From Chiloscyllium plagiosum (taxonomy: Eukaryota), in assembly GCF_004010195.1 (NCBI RefSeq), contig NC_057720.1:10768991-10832990 (forward strand): 64,000 bases of DNA, given 5' to 3'. Made by a program: the position numbers and the translations under genes. Below, piece after piece: positions 46,041 to 59,000 of this stretch. Under the pieces are notes generated by a model. It worked only from the letters and a program-made list of their open reading frames with translations. It was not told the DNA's origin and did not search any database. Each line of letters opens with the position of its first letter. Position 1 is the first letter of the stretch.

Positions 46041-47424
46041 CTAGAAGGTGGGGGAAATGAAAACATAGATCAGTTAAAATCACACTGAAATGAGAAGTGA
46101 CTCTACTTTGACCAGAACGCTCAAAATTTGGAATACCTTGAATCAGACCCCTCTCTCAGTTCTCTTTTCCAAGTGAAACAGCCCTATCAGAAGGATCACT
46201 TGGGTCGATTTGTTACCAAGGGGCTGCGAATAGAGTTGATCACTAGAAAGAACAGTGGACCACCCAAAACTGGAGATCCTAACAGAGGGACAATTATTAA
46301 AATTAAGTAGCTGAAAGTGTTTGGCCTAATATCACAGTCCAAGGGACAATCAATATCTGGCCTGTAACAACCACAAGCATCTTGCTTTTTGACTAACCCT
46401 ATGGTTCTGGCTGTTGGAAGGTGTTCACTTTGACACGTACAAACCAATTTTTCTAGGATTCCATAGTGTCATACTCAGCTGATGTCAAAGTTGGTTTCTC
46501 TACGCTTTGCCCTGTCACTCAGCTCTGATGTCAATGCTTGGATCAAATTCTGTAGCCAGACTATGTTCGCATAACCTCAGTTGAGCATCTTAATTACGAA
46601 TGAGTAGGTGTCATTTTACTACTGGCAAATCCCTTCATCATCTTAGTAACGTTGAAACAACTGCTTGAATAATATTAATGCAATAATTGAGCAAATGGAG
46701 TTTGACAAACTAGATATTACGGAGGTCAGGAAGATGAGAACTAGAAAGTACAGGTTAACACAGGCAGGTAACAATTTATTTTACATAAATAAGACTTACA
46801 TAAATGACTAAAAATTAGATAAAACATATTTTCTGGAGCCAAGGGACCCAAGCAACAACTTTTTCATGCAGAAGGTGCTGTGTATATGGAATGAACTATT
46901 AGAGGTGATGGTGGAGGCTGGTGCAAATATAACATTTAAAAGGCATCTGGATGGGTATATGAATAGGAAGGGTTTAGAAGGATATGGCCATATGCTGGCC
47001 AATGGGATAAGATTAACTTAGAGCATCTGATCGGCATAGACCAGTTGGGCTGAAAGGTCTGTTTCCATGCTGTATGCCGCTGTGACTCTATGAGCCAAAT
47101 GCAGTATTCAAAGTTCTAATATTCTGCAAGTTGATTTGTTTTAGTTACACCAAAGTGACTTTATCCATGCTAATGTCTGAATGCAATGGAACATGACACA
47201 TGGAGAGATTATTGGCAAACGTTTGGCAGTTTTATCTGCTCTGTTTTTTCTTTAAGATGGTAATCCTCTAGGTCTGGTGTCGGTGGCAATGTAAAAGAAT
47301 CACACTGGGCAAAAACTACCTCTCATCTGGAAAAATTAGGTATTTTTGTAATTTGGATACTACAGCGTGTTCAGTTTCACTGACCCAACTGCATTTTGTA
47401 CGAATGCATGCAACACTGACTTAC

Positions 47425-47561
47425 GTGAAAATAACTCACCCAAAGATATTAATATTTTCCTAGTATTTATGCTCTTTGTAAAACGCGCCTCTAAATTTTG
47501 TAAGTCATTTCTCACATCCAGGAGACCCTTGAAACCAAGGTCCTGTTCTTTAATCTCAGTG
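47425..47561 (-). pseudogene. Candidate upstream linker/coiled-coil exon of the TRIM-like fragment
   Basis: TTTCACAG|open frame TEIKEQDLGFKGLLDVRNDLQNLEARFTKSINTRKILISLGELFS|GTAAGT; phase 2 to 1, splices in frame onto the B30.2 exon. Confidence 0.5.
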
Positions 47562-48637
47562 CTGTGAAAGCATAAATGATAAAAAAATGCACTGATTGTG
47601 AATTGAAATGACAGGTTTCCAAGTTTTAAAAGGAATTCTTCAGTTTGTGTTTAAACACACACACCAAAGGCCAGTCCCTTCCAACGAATCTTAGGGAAAC
47701 ATGGTCTAGACAGAAACAAAATGCTACTTTGCCAGCATGCAACAAATATTTCCATCTATCAGAAACACTGCAGGCTACGTTGTTACTGCTGAATTCCTGT
47801 TATATGGAGCCTTTGGTTGTTATTACACCGTTATGTTACTATGTGGCCTACTATATTGAACCCAACATATCACAGGTGAAAAGATTTTTTTTTGTTCATT
47901 GATTGGATGAGAACATCGCTGGCTTGGCAGCATTTATTGCCCATCCCGCAGTTAATAGTCAACCACCTTGCTGTGGGTCTGCAGTCACATGTAGGCCAGA
48001 CCAGGTAAGAACATAGAGCATAGAACAGTCCTGCACAGTACAGGCCCTTCGGCTCATGCATTTGTACCGAGCATTTATCTTAAACGAAGATCAACCTAAC
48101 CTACACACACCTCAATTTACTGCTGTCCATGGGTTTGTCCAGCAGTCACTTAAATGTCCCTAATGTCTCTGCCTCTATTACCACAGCTGGCAGTGAATTC
48201 AATACATCCACCACTCTCTGCATAAAGATGCTCCTCAGACGCTGCCCCACGTATTGTGTTTTTCCAGTACCACACTTGCGACTCTGTGTGGAGCAAATCT
48301 ACCTCTGACATCTCCCCTACACCTTCTTCCAATCACCTTAAAATTATGACCCCTCAAGACAGTCATTTCTGCCCTGGGGGAAAAGTCTCTGGTTATCTCC
48401 TCTATCTATGCCTCTCATTATCTTAGATGACAGTTTCCTTCCCTAAGGGACATTACTGAACCAGATGGGTTTTTCCATTGACATTCAATAATGGATTCAG
48501 GGTCATCACAAGATTCCTAATTCCAAGCATTTTTATTAAACTTCAAGTTCCACCATCTGCTGTGGTGGGATTCACACCCAAGTCCCCAGTTTGCTCTCTG
48601 GGTCTCTGGATCAACAATCCAGCGATAATACCACTAA

Positions 48638-49421
48638 TGTTGTGGTTCTGTTCACCAAGCTGGGAATTTGTGTTGCAGACGTTTCGTCCCCTGTCTAGGT
48701 GGCATCCTCAGTGCTTGGGAGCCTCCTGTGAAGCGCTTCTGTGATGTTTCCTCCTGCATTTATAGTGATTTGTATCTGCCGCTTCCGGTTGTCAGTTCCA
48801 GCTGTCCGCTGCAGTGGCNNNNNNNNNNNNNNNNNNNNNNNNNNNNNNNNNNNNNNNNNNNNNNNNNNNNNNNNNNNNNNNNNNNNNNNNNNNNNNNNNN
48901 NNNNNNNNNNNNNNNNNNNNNNNNNNNNNNNNNNNNNNNNNNNNNNNNNNNNNNNNNNNNNNNNNNNNNNNNNNNNNNNNNNNNNNNNNNNNNNNNNNNN
49001 NNNNNNNNNNNNNNNNNNNNNNNNNNNNNNNNNNNNNNNNNNNNNNNNNNNNNNNNNNNNNNNNNNNNNNNNNNNNNNNNNNNNNNNNNNNNNNNNNNNN
49101 NNNNNNNNNNNNNNNNNNNNNNNNNNNNNNNNNNNNNNNNNNNNNNNNNNNNNNNNNNNNNNNNNNNNNNNNNNNNNNNNNNNNNNNNNNNNNNNNNNNN
49201 NNNNNNNNNAGGACTTGGTCTGTGTGTGTGGCTTTCCTGTATACCTTTGTGGTAAATTCGGTGTTCTCTGTACCATCACGTCTAGTAATGGGAGTTGGTT
49301 GTCCTTTTCTTCCTCTCTAGTAAATCGGATTCCTGTGAGTGTGGCGTTGATGATCCAGTGTGTGTTCTCTATTTCTGTGTTTTTAATGATTACAAAGGTA
49401 TCATCTACATATATGTCCTAA
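48638..49421 (-). mobile_element. Penelope-like element (RT C-terminus, N gap, pLTR with hammerhead 48678-48711), 13-bp TSD
   Basis: YVDDTFVII...GIRFTREEE...LDVMV; TSD ATAATACCACTAA at 48625-48637 and 49422-49434. Confidence 0.85.
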
Positions 49422-50084
49422 ATAATACCACTAAGCTATCACCTCCCCTTAAATTAAATTGACTTTTACCTTACTTTTTTGTATAATTCCAACAGTAACA
49501 AAACTTCATTATTTATAAAGTAATGCTGGAAAATACAAATTAAATGCAAATCTTTCTATGGAAAGGATAGAAATTGTCTTTTTTTTCCTCGTTATATTAT
49601 TCTGAAAGAGCATGCCAGTAGTGCAAGTTTCTAAATTCGATTTCATCAGGCATTAAAGTCAAGAGATTACAAATAATGTTTCAGGGTCATTTCATGTGAC
49701 AACTCTAAAAATCACAAGATTATGTGCTCATGGTGTGCTCTGCATTTGTTGCCATCCCCATCCCTAACTGCCCACCATTTCAGAGGATGGTTAAGAAAAC
49801 CATATTGCTGTGGGGCTGGAGTCACATGTAGAGCAGACTGGGTATGAATGCCAGAGATCCTTTGTTAAAAGGACATCTGTGAACCAGACGGATTGAACAA
49901 TGTTCGATGATAATTAATGTGCCGACTATTACTGAGATTAGTTTTATTTCTAGATTTATTAACACAATTTAAATTACACCAGTTGCTATCACAAAGAACA
50001 TTAGCTGGGTCTCGATTTACTCATCATATGACAGCAGAGGCGATGGCCTGGTGGTATTATTGCTGGATTGTTAATCCAAATTTT

Positions 50085-50263
50085 AGATTGGTGGTGCTGG
50101 AAGAGCACAGCAGTTCAGGCAGCATCCAAGGAGCAACAAAATCGACGTTTCGGGCAAAAGACTTCATCAGGAATAAAGGCAAAGAGCCTGAAGCGTGGAG
50201 AGATAAGCTAGAGGAGGGTGGGGGTGGGGAGAAAGTAACATAGAGTACAATAGGTGACTGGGG
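50085..50263 (-). mobile_element. Family A Penelope-derived fragment abutting the start of duplicated block B
   Basis: Hammerhead core at 50144-50170 on the minus strand. Confidence 0.7.
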
Positions 50264-51489
50264 GAGGAGACCCAAATTGCACACAATATTCCAAAAGAGG
50301 CCTAACCAACATCCTGTACAGCCGCAACACAACCTCCCAACTACTATACTCGATATTCTGACCAATAAAAGAAAGCATACCAAAGGTTATTGTTTTAGAG
50401 TGTCTAAAGGGTGCAATCCATCATCATAACATTCAAGGTTATGAGCCGAGTGCTGGAAAGTGGGACTAGTTTAGGGTGGCTTGGTAGCTCAATGGGTAGC
50501 ACTGCTGCCTCACAACACCAGGGAACTAGGTTTGATTCCAGCCTTAGGTAACTTGTCTGTGTGGAGTATGCACATACTCCCCATGTCCACATGGGTTCCT
50601 CTGGGTGCTCTGGTTTCCTCCCACAGTCCAAAGATGTGCAGGTTAGGTGGATTGGCGATGCTCAATTGCCCATAGTGTCCAGGGGTGTGCAGTCTATTGA
50701 CAATGGGAAAAATGCAGGGATAGGATAGGTCTGGGTGGAAGGCTCTTGGGGGTCCATGTGGCTTCAATGGGATGATTGACCAGAGTGTCGGGATTCTATA
50801 GATTTAGTGTCACTTGAGTGCCACAAACCCGATGGGCTGAAGGGCCTTTTTTGTCCTGTATGATTCTGTGAAAAGCAATGATAAGTAAATTACAGCTGTA
50901 CCTTCATTACAAATAAATAACATCAATGGGATACGTAAAAGAAATAATTCTGCAAAAATATTGAAAAGCAAGATTTAAAGTATTCATTGTCTACTTGTAT
51001 TACAGCAATGAAAGTACATCAACAAGTGCACAAGATTGCAGGATATAATCTGCCCTCTACATACTGACCCAGCTTACCTGGTCATTTATCTCATTGTTAC
51101 CCATGGGATGTTGCTCTGTGCAAATTATCTGTTGTGCTCACTACATTACAAATAGTGACGATGCTTCAAAATGACTTCTACTGCTACAAAATCCTTTGGG
51201 TCATCCTGTGATCATGCCAATAATTATTTAACTACAAGTCCTCACTTCTTTTGTTGTGTTTTTTGGATGAGATCTGCCTTGTCACCTCACAGACACTGCA
51301 CCTCTCAATCATCATTTGCATCAGAAGCAATTAGGAATAGTTTGGAGGAGGGGCTAATACAGTATGAGAATCAAAATCATTTCTTCAGTTGAATTGCATC
51401 TAACCTGAGGCTTGAAAAGGCCTTGTCACACTCCTCCAAAAAATAAAATCCATTAGCAAGATATAAACTCTGCATGCCTTCATTGCTCA

Positions 51490-52085
51490 TTTGAGCATTG
51501 GAGTTGGGAAGTCCAGTTGAGGTTGTGCATGACATTGGTAAGGCCTCTACTGGCATATTGTGTCCAACTCTGATCATCCAGGTCGAGGAATTATACTATC
51601 AAGCTGGACAGGGTTCAGGGGGGATTTACCACAACGTTTCCAGGTATGGAAGCTTTGAATTATAAACAGAGGCTGGAGAGGCTGGGTCTTTTTTTGACTA
51701 GAGCAGAGGAGGCTAAGAGGTGATCTTATAGAAGTTCATAAAATAGAGGGATATAGATAGAGTGAATTGTAATTGTCTTTTCCCTAGGATGATGGATTTC
51801 AAGAAGATTGGGCACATTTTTAAAGTTAAAGGGGAGACATTTAAAAAGACATGAGGCAACTATTTTACACAGAGAGTGGCTCGCATGTGGAAGTAACTCT
51901 GCGGACTTGGTGAATGTGGGTACAGTTCCAACATTTAAAAGACATTTGGATAACTACATGAATAGGAAAAGTTTGCAGAGATATGGGCCCGGAGTAGGCA
52001 GGTGCGACTAGTTTAGTTGGGATTCTGTTCGGCCTGGACTGGTTGGACCGAAGGGTCTGTCTCCATGCCGTACGACTCTATCTCT
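51490..52085 (+). mobile_element. Degenerate CR1 3' fragment
   Basis: Uninterrupted paralog of the CR1 that is split at about 2770-4762 in copy A. Confidence 0.8.
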
Positions 52086-52354
52086 CAATGACAGAAATGT
52101 ATGTCTTCCTGATGAAAGGTGTTCCTGAAGGACCAAGATTTAGGTTGGGACTCAGGAAGAGGAGCTTCCAGTTTTAAATTGTTGCTTTCCATCGGCTGAT
52201 GTCCCTGTTGGCCCCAAAATGGATTCATATTGATGTTGGTGACAAATTTTCTTTGGTCAAATGGAAACAATATGAGGTTCCAACCACAGGCAGGAAAATG
52301 AAACATCAGCAAAGGATAAAGAATCTGCTCAAATCTCAGATTGCACAGCAAAAC

Positions 52355-52360
52355 TTTATT
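52355..52360 (-). terminator. Putative polyadenylation signal AATAAA of CLCA copy B
   Basis: Paralogous to 5022-5027. Confidence 0.55.
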
Positions 52361-52591
52361 AGATTCTGTCAGTCCTTTTATAGGAATACACTTTACTTTT
52401 AAATTTAAATTATACAGGTTGGATTTAAACACAATCTCAGCTCAACATCAGGAGGAATGCTCAATATTCACGGAACATTCAATTTTCTTGGTCACAAACT
52501 TTGAACATGAATTAAGTTGCACCATTATAAATTGAATGTTGTTGAATTTTGATGATGTTGCTGACTATCTCTGGCTTTAGCTGTACATTTC

Positions 52592-53022
52592 CTAACTGGG
52601 TGATACTCTGCCTTGACGTTTTTTAGTCACAACACATACAGTGATGGAAATTATCAAGGAGACAACAATGACAACAATACCAACAATAACAAGAATTTCT
52701 GAAATGTTAATGACTACACTATTATTAGGTTGTGTTGGTTCGATGGTTTGGACTGGCTGGGATGTGGGAGGTGGACTCGCCAAAATTAAAGCAGCTTGCG
52801 CTATATTCGATAAGGCCGAAGACTGGTTTCCTTTATCAAATGCCCGAATTGCAAAGTAGATTACTGTCCCATTTTTCAACCCGATGTTCTCAGATACTGT
52901 GAGCGATTCCTCTGAGTTAGCCACCTTTGGCTTCAGGTCTGTGGTGTTTACACTTTGAGCATTTGGAAAATCATCCCTCAGCTGTGCGAAGCTTTTGCTG
53001 AGCTTTATTTCGTAAAAGGAAG
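52592..53022 (-). CDS. CLCA: CLCA copy B last coding exon 14 (short stalk, TM)
   Basis: (A)SFYEIKLSKS...PPPTSQPVQTIEPTQPNN...TM...KKRQGRVSPS-TAG; 431 bp. Confidence 0.92.
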
Positions 53023-56000
53023 CTGCAAGAGAAGAAAAGCAAGTGAATGTATTATTCAGGCTCTTGATGTTATCCTCTTACACACTGCCAGGTTTGCTGA
53101 ATACTGCAGTGAGGCAAATGGTAATAAGGAGCTAAACTGAGAGGATTAAAAATACAGGAACAAGAGAAGACCATACAGCCGAACAATTCTTTATATCTCA
53201 TTCAGACCCTCCCTTATTGAAAGGAAGATTTTATTTCATTAAGGCAGCTCAGAGAGGGTTCACCAAGATGATCCCTGATGTAGGGGAACTGTCTTTTGAG
53301 CCAAGGTTGAATAGTTTGGAATTCTACTCACAGGTGCTTAGAAGAATGAGATATAATGTCATTGAAACATTCTGGCTACTTAAGCAATCTGGCAGGGTAA
53401 GCGCTGGTTGAATGTTCCCCCTCACATGATCAGCCATAATTCTATTGAATGGTGTAGCAGGTTTCAGCAGCTGAATGGCCTGCTGCTGTTCCTATTTCTT
53501 CATCGTCTTATTATGGTCTCCCATTGAAATGTACATTCAATATTTGAATTACACCCATTCCCATTACAATTCAACTGCCTTGCATGTTCCTGAAAATACA
53601 ATGGTATTGGTTACTCCTGTGAGTGGTCCGAGTGTTTCATGCTCAGGAAAATGCCCTTCCCAATATCTAATTGTACACTCAGGTGGCGTAAGAGAGTAAA
53701 ACAAATTCACCCATGAAATTGCAAGTCAATGTCATAGACAAAAATTTCACTCAGTGGGGAACTGGTACATTGGGTAGGAATGGATTATAGGCTGAGCCAC
53801 AAGCTTATGCTGGTCACCAGAATGTTCCCTGAAAGTGTGGTCATTGAAAGGAGCTTGGCTGGGATGCCTGACCGTCACACACATGACAGCGCTCATTGTC
53901 AAGACTTGCCCATCTTTGACAGTCACAAGGGTAAGGATGCAAGAACACCCCACTCATAGAGATGTACAGCACAGAAAAAGACCCTTTCTTCCAACGCATC
54001 TATGCCGACCAGAAATTAATCTACTCTTTTGCCAGCACTTGCCCATATCCATCTAAACCTTTCCTATTCATGTACCCATCCAGATGCCTTTTAAATGTTG
54101 TAATTGTACCAGCCTCCACCACGTCCTCTGAGAGCTCATTCCATACATGCTCAACCATTTCCATGAAAGTGTTGCCCCTTAGGTCCCTTTAAATCTTTTC
54201 CCTCTCACCCTAAACGTCTGTCCTCTAGTTCTGGACTCCTCAACCCAGGGAAAAGACTTTGTCTATTTGTTCAGTAAATCTTTAACGATGATTCAATATC
54301 TTCTGCAAAGGTACAACGAGGGGAGGAATTAGCTGAAAAGGAAAGATTGAAGTGACTTTCACTCGAGCTGCTTGAAGTCAATACAACTTGGTGAGGAGAG
54401 GAACCCGGTGGTTTAGTGGTTAGTGCTGCTCCCTCACAGTAGCAGGGACTTGGGTTCATTCCAGACTTGAGCATCTGTCTGTCTGGAGTTTGTACATTTT
54501 CCCCGTGTCTACGTGGGATCTTCTGGGTGCTGCGGTTTCTTCCCACAAGTTAGGGGAATAGACCATTCTGGACTATCCTGTAGTGTCTGGGGCTGTGCAG
54601 GGTACGTGGATTAGCCAGAGTAAATAACTAGGTAAAAACAATGACTGCAGATGCTGGAAACCAGATTCTGGATTAGTGGTGCTAGAAGAGCACAGCAGTT
54701 CAGGCAGCATCCAAGGAGCAGTGAAATCGACGTTTCGGGCAAAAGCCCTTCATCAGGAATAAAGGCAGAGAGCCTGAAGCGTGGAGAGATAAGCTCGAGG
54801 AGGGTGGGGGTGGGGAGAGAGTAGCATAGAGTACAATAGGTGAGTGGGGGAGGGGATGAAGGTGATAGGTCAGGGAGAAGAGGTGGGGTGGATAGGTAGA
54901 AAAGGAGATAGGCTCTCTGCCTTTATTCCTGATGAAGGGCTTTTGCCCGAAACGTCGATTTCACTGCTCCTTGGATGCTGCCTGAACTGCTGTGCTCTTC
55001 CAGCACCACTTATCCAGAGTAAATAACTAGTCAGGTAAGGGGGCAGGATGTTCTTCAGAGGGTAAGTGCAGACTGATCCTCAATCTGAATGGCCTCGATC
55101 TGCACTGCAAGGATTCTGTGCTATCTCTTTTTGAAACAAAGGAAAGGAAAGGTAAAGATTTCAAATTAAAGTACACTCATTCACTTGTAATATAATATTT
55201 AGTGAATGCTAAATGATTATAATGCTTTTCAACAACAAACATACACAAATGGTAAAAGTCACACCCTATTCCCAGTTAAACAATGAAACCGACTGACCAA
55301 CTGATTGATGATGTGATGGAGGCAACGAGACTTAAAATGGGCTGAGAACTCAGCAATGGAATTGCTCCCAATGTATGTGTTGAAATATAATTTAAATTAC
55401 CAGTTCCTTGATCTAAGTCATCGCCTGGAGCTGTCCATTTCAGTTGTATTGCGTCTCCAACAATTGCCGCCCGAAGATCCTTAATTTTACTTGGGGGAAA
55501 CACGTCAGGTGGAGGTCCGGGAGGAACCTGACTAACAACACATGCTCCCGCTGTTTTCACTCTATTGAAGCTTCCCAATTGTATCTGAGAATCGTTACGG
55601 TCCACTGGAGGCTTTGGTGGGTTGGGGTGAATTTGACCTGCGAGAAAAGTGAAGAAAGACACATTTCAGAAAGGGGCAAAATATTTGGAAGTTGATTTTT
55701 AACATTTATCCTTCAGATGCAATTGTCACCACAAGGCCACTACTTGTTGCCCATTCCTAATTGCCCCAGAGAAAGGGATTAGATTAGATTAGATTACATT
55801 ACAGAACCCGGGTCTCTGGCGCTGTGAGGCAGCAGTGCTAACCACTGTGACACCGTGCCGCCCATAAAGGCAGCTGGGATGGCCAGCTGCCTTTTAGAAC
55901 TGCCCAATCCATGTAATGTAGTTACACCCACAGAACTGTTAAGGAGGGGGTTAGTATCAATGTCAATGGGCCTTTGATGTGAACACTGACAATTTCAGTG

Positions 56001-59000
56001 TCATTACCAGAGCAAAATCTCAGCCAATCAGCTTGTCTGCAAGTTTAGAATAATCTCGGTTTAGAATAAACGGCGGTGAAGGAGGCCCAGGACCTCCATG
56101 TCCTCGGCAGAGTGGGAGGGGGAGTTGAAATGTTGGGGCACTGGGTGGTGTGGTTGATTGGTGCGGGTGTCCCAGAAAGGTTCCCTAAAGCGCTCTGCTA
56201 GGAGGTGTCCAGTCTCCCCAATATAGAGGAGACATCATCGGGAGCAACGGATGCAATAAATGATATGGTGGATGTGCAGGTAAAACTTTGATGGATATGG
56301 AAGGCTCCTTTAGGGCCTTGGATGGAGGTGAGGGAGGAGGTGTAGGCGCCGGTTTTGCAATTCCTGCGGTGGCAGGGGAAGGTGCCAGGACGGGAGGGTG
56401 GGTTGTAGGGGGGCGTGGACCTGACCAGTTATTTGCATGATGGCACTCATGAAACAGTTGTGTTTGTTTAAAATAAGTTCAGTCGTGGCTATTTCTGCCA
56501 TATTACTCAAAAATGACAAACTAATTAGATGGTTTATCTTTTTATCCTGACAGGATTTTATAAAAGTACTTGGATGAGGACATGAAGTATGATAGCATTC
56601 AGGCTCTGGATCATGTGTGGGCAAATATAGGTAGAAGTATGCTTTTGGCAGTACAGACTTGATGGGCCAAAGAGCCTCTGTTATACTGTATGATTTGAGC
56701 TGCATGGCCTCTACTTTTGGATTATTGCCTAATGCCGTAGCCATCACTACTGCAAGATCATGTCTTTAAACAATAAAAGTAGAGAAAAACACCTTCACAG
56801 AGACATAGTCAATATATTTGTGTCAAGATGAAGGAGGTGTTGGATGTGATGATGAAAGGTTTGCTCAATAGGTGGGCTTTAACAAAGGTCTTATGGAAGG
56901 GAAACTGTTAAAGAGGGAACTCCAGGATTTGATCTGTAGGTATTTCCTGTACAGGAGTTTTGACTGTGGGGTGAATAAAAGGCATTGAGATGTTCAGTTG
57001 GCCATGATCATAATGGTTGGGGTAGGTTCAAAAGACCGAATGGCTTCTCCTCTTCATACATTCCTGTTTAAATGTACATTCACCAATGGCAGGGCAAAGG
57101 GAAATAGTGGTGAGGATGGAAGAGAGGAATACATAAGAGGTTAGCAATTGAAAAATCAAATGTTTGAAAACGTTGCCTCGATGGCTCAGATTAGTCATGT
57201 TTCCATATGTACCTCAGGTACCCACACTGGATTTGTCCAGTCCAAACTCCACACATGCTCCAGAGGAGACTGATGCTTGACTGGTGCAATGTTGGGTCAG
57301 TAACAATGTGCTTATTTGAAGGTGTGCTTTCTGCTTCCAGGTTTCATCAGTATCATGGAGCTGGGATTTGATGCATTGAGGGACTGCAAGCTGATAAAAA
57401 TTAGCGGGGTTAGGGATAATGAGTGAATATGACTTCATGGCTTTGTACTTAAGCAGGGCTGTCATTTTTAACTTTATAACTTTATGTCTTTACTTTTCTA
57501 CTCTACCTAAGTTCTTATACTCACATACCTTTAGAATTAGGTATACAAATTACCTCAGGACAAATCTTAGGGACTAAAATAGTTCAAAGTTTGTGAGAAG
57601 ATTCGTAGCTCGGGTGCTCGTTGCTGTGGTTCTGTTCGCCGAGCTGGAAGTTTTTGTTGCAAACGTTTCGTCCCCTGTCTAGGTGACATCCTCAGTGCTT
57701 GGGAGACTCCTGTGAAGCGCTTCTGTGGTGTTTCCTCCGGCATTTATAGTGGCCTGAACCTGCCGCTTCCGGTTGTCAGTTTCAGCTATCCGCTGTAGTG
57801 GCCGGTATATNNNNNNNNNNNNNNNNNNNNNNNNNNNNNNNNNNNNNNNNNNNNNNNNNNNNNNNNNNNNNNNNNNNNNNNNNNNNNNNNNNNNNNNNNN
57901 NNNNNNNNNNNNNNNNNNNNNNNNNNNNNNNNNNNNNNNNNNNNNNNNNNNNNNNNNNNNNNGTTAGTTGTCTTCCTGTTTGTCCTATATAGTGTTTTGT
58001 GCAGTTCTTGCATGGGATTTTGTACACTACGTTAGTTTTGCTCATGCTGGGTATCGGGTCCTTCGTTTTGGTGAGTTGTTGTCTGAGAGTGGCTGTTGGT
58101 TTGTGTGCCGTTATAAGTCCAAGTGGTCGCAGTAGTCTGGCTGTCATTTCAGAGATGTTCTTGATGTATGGTAGTGTGGCTAGTCCTTTGGGTTGCGGCA
58201 TGTCCTCGTTCTGTTGTCTCTCCCTAAGGGATCTGTTGATGAAATTGATGATCCCTTGTAGCCACACACACAGACGACAAGCAACATGAATTTGACTGGG
58301 ACAACACTACCATTACAGGGCAAGCGAAACAAAGAACAGCCAGGGAATTCCTAGAAGCTTGGCACTCATCCACAAACTCCATCAACAAACACATTGACCT
58401 GGACCCAATATACCGGCCACTACAGCAGACGGCTGAAACTGACAACTGGAAGCGGCAGGGACAGGCCACTATAAATGCAGGAGGAAACACCACAGAAGCG
58501 CTTCACAGGAGGCTCCCAAGCACTGAGGATGTCACCTAGAAAGGGGACGAAACGTTTGCAACAAAAACTTCCAGCTCGGCGAACAGAACCACAGCAACTA
58601 AAATAGTTTTGGTATAAAAATAGAGAAATATAGAAAAAAGCTAAATGTTCTACATTGTAGTTCTGGATAGAAATTAGGAAAATGGTGGCATTGTACACTT
58701 TTTACTGTATTACTGTACCCCTGTCCTTGAGCACACATGACAATAAAACCTAATTATAATTATAATTCATACTTGAATGCAGCTTTTGGGTAAACGGAAG
58801 TTCAAGATTTCTTTTATTCATTCATTCACTGGATGTGGGTTTCATTGCCTGGGTCAGTATTTTTTGCCCATCCCTACATGCTCTTGAGAAGGTAGTACTG
58901 ATTTCACACAATCAGACATTGCCCTTCTTCCCATCAAGTCTGAACCAACAAAAACTACTCGAAATCTACAGGTGTCCATTTTCCACCACTTGGCCCATAA

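Noticed and set aside
48668..49421. Long ORFs running through X residues (also 9733-10079 and 57773-58013)
   Set aside because: Artefacts of N gaps at 9823-9967, 48819-49209 and 57811-57962.
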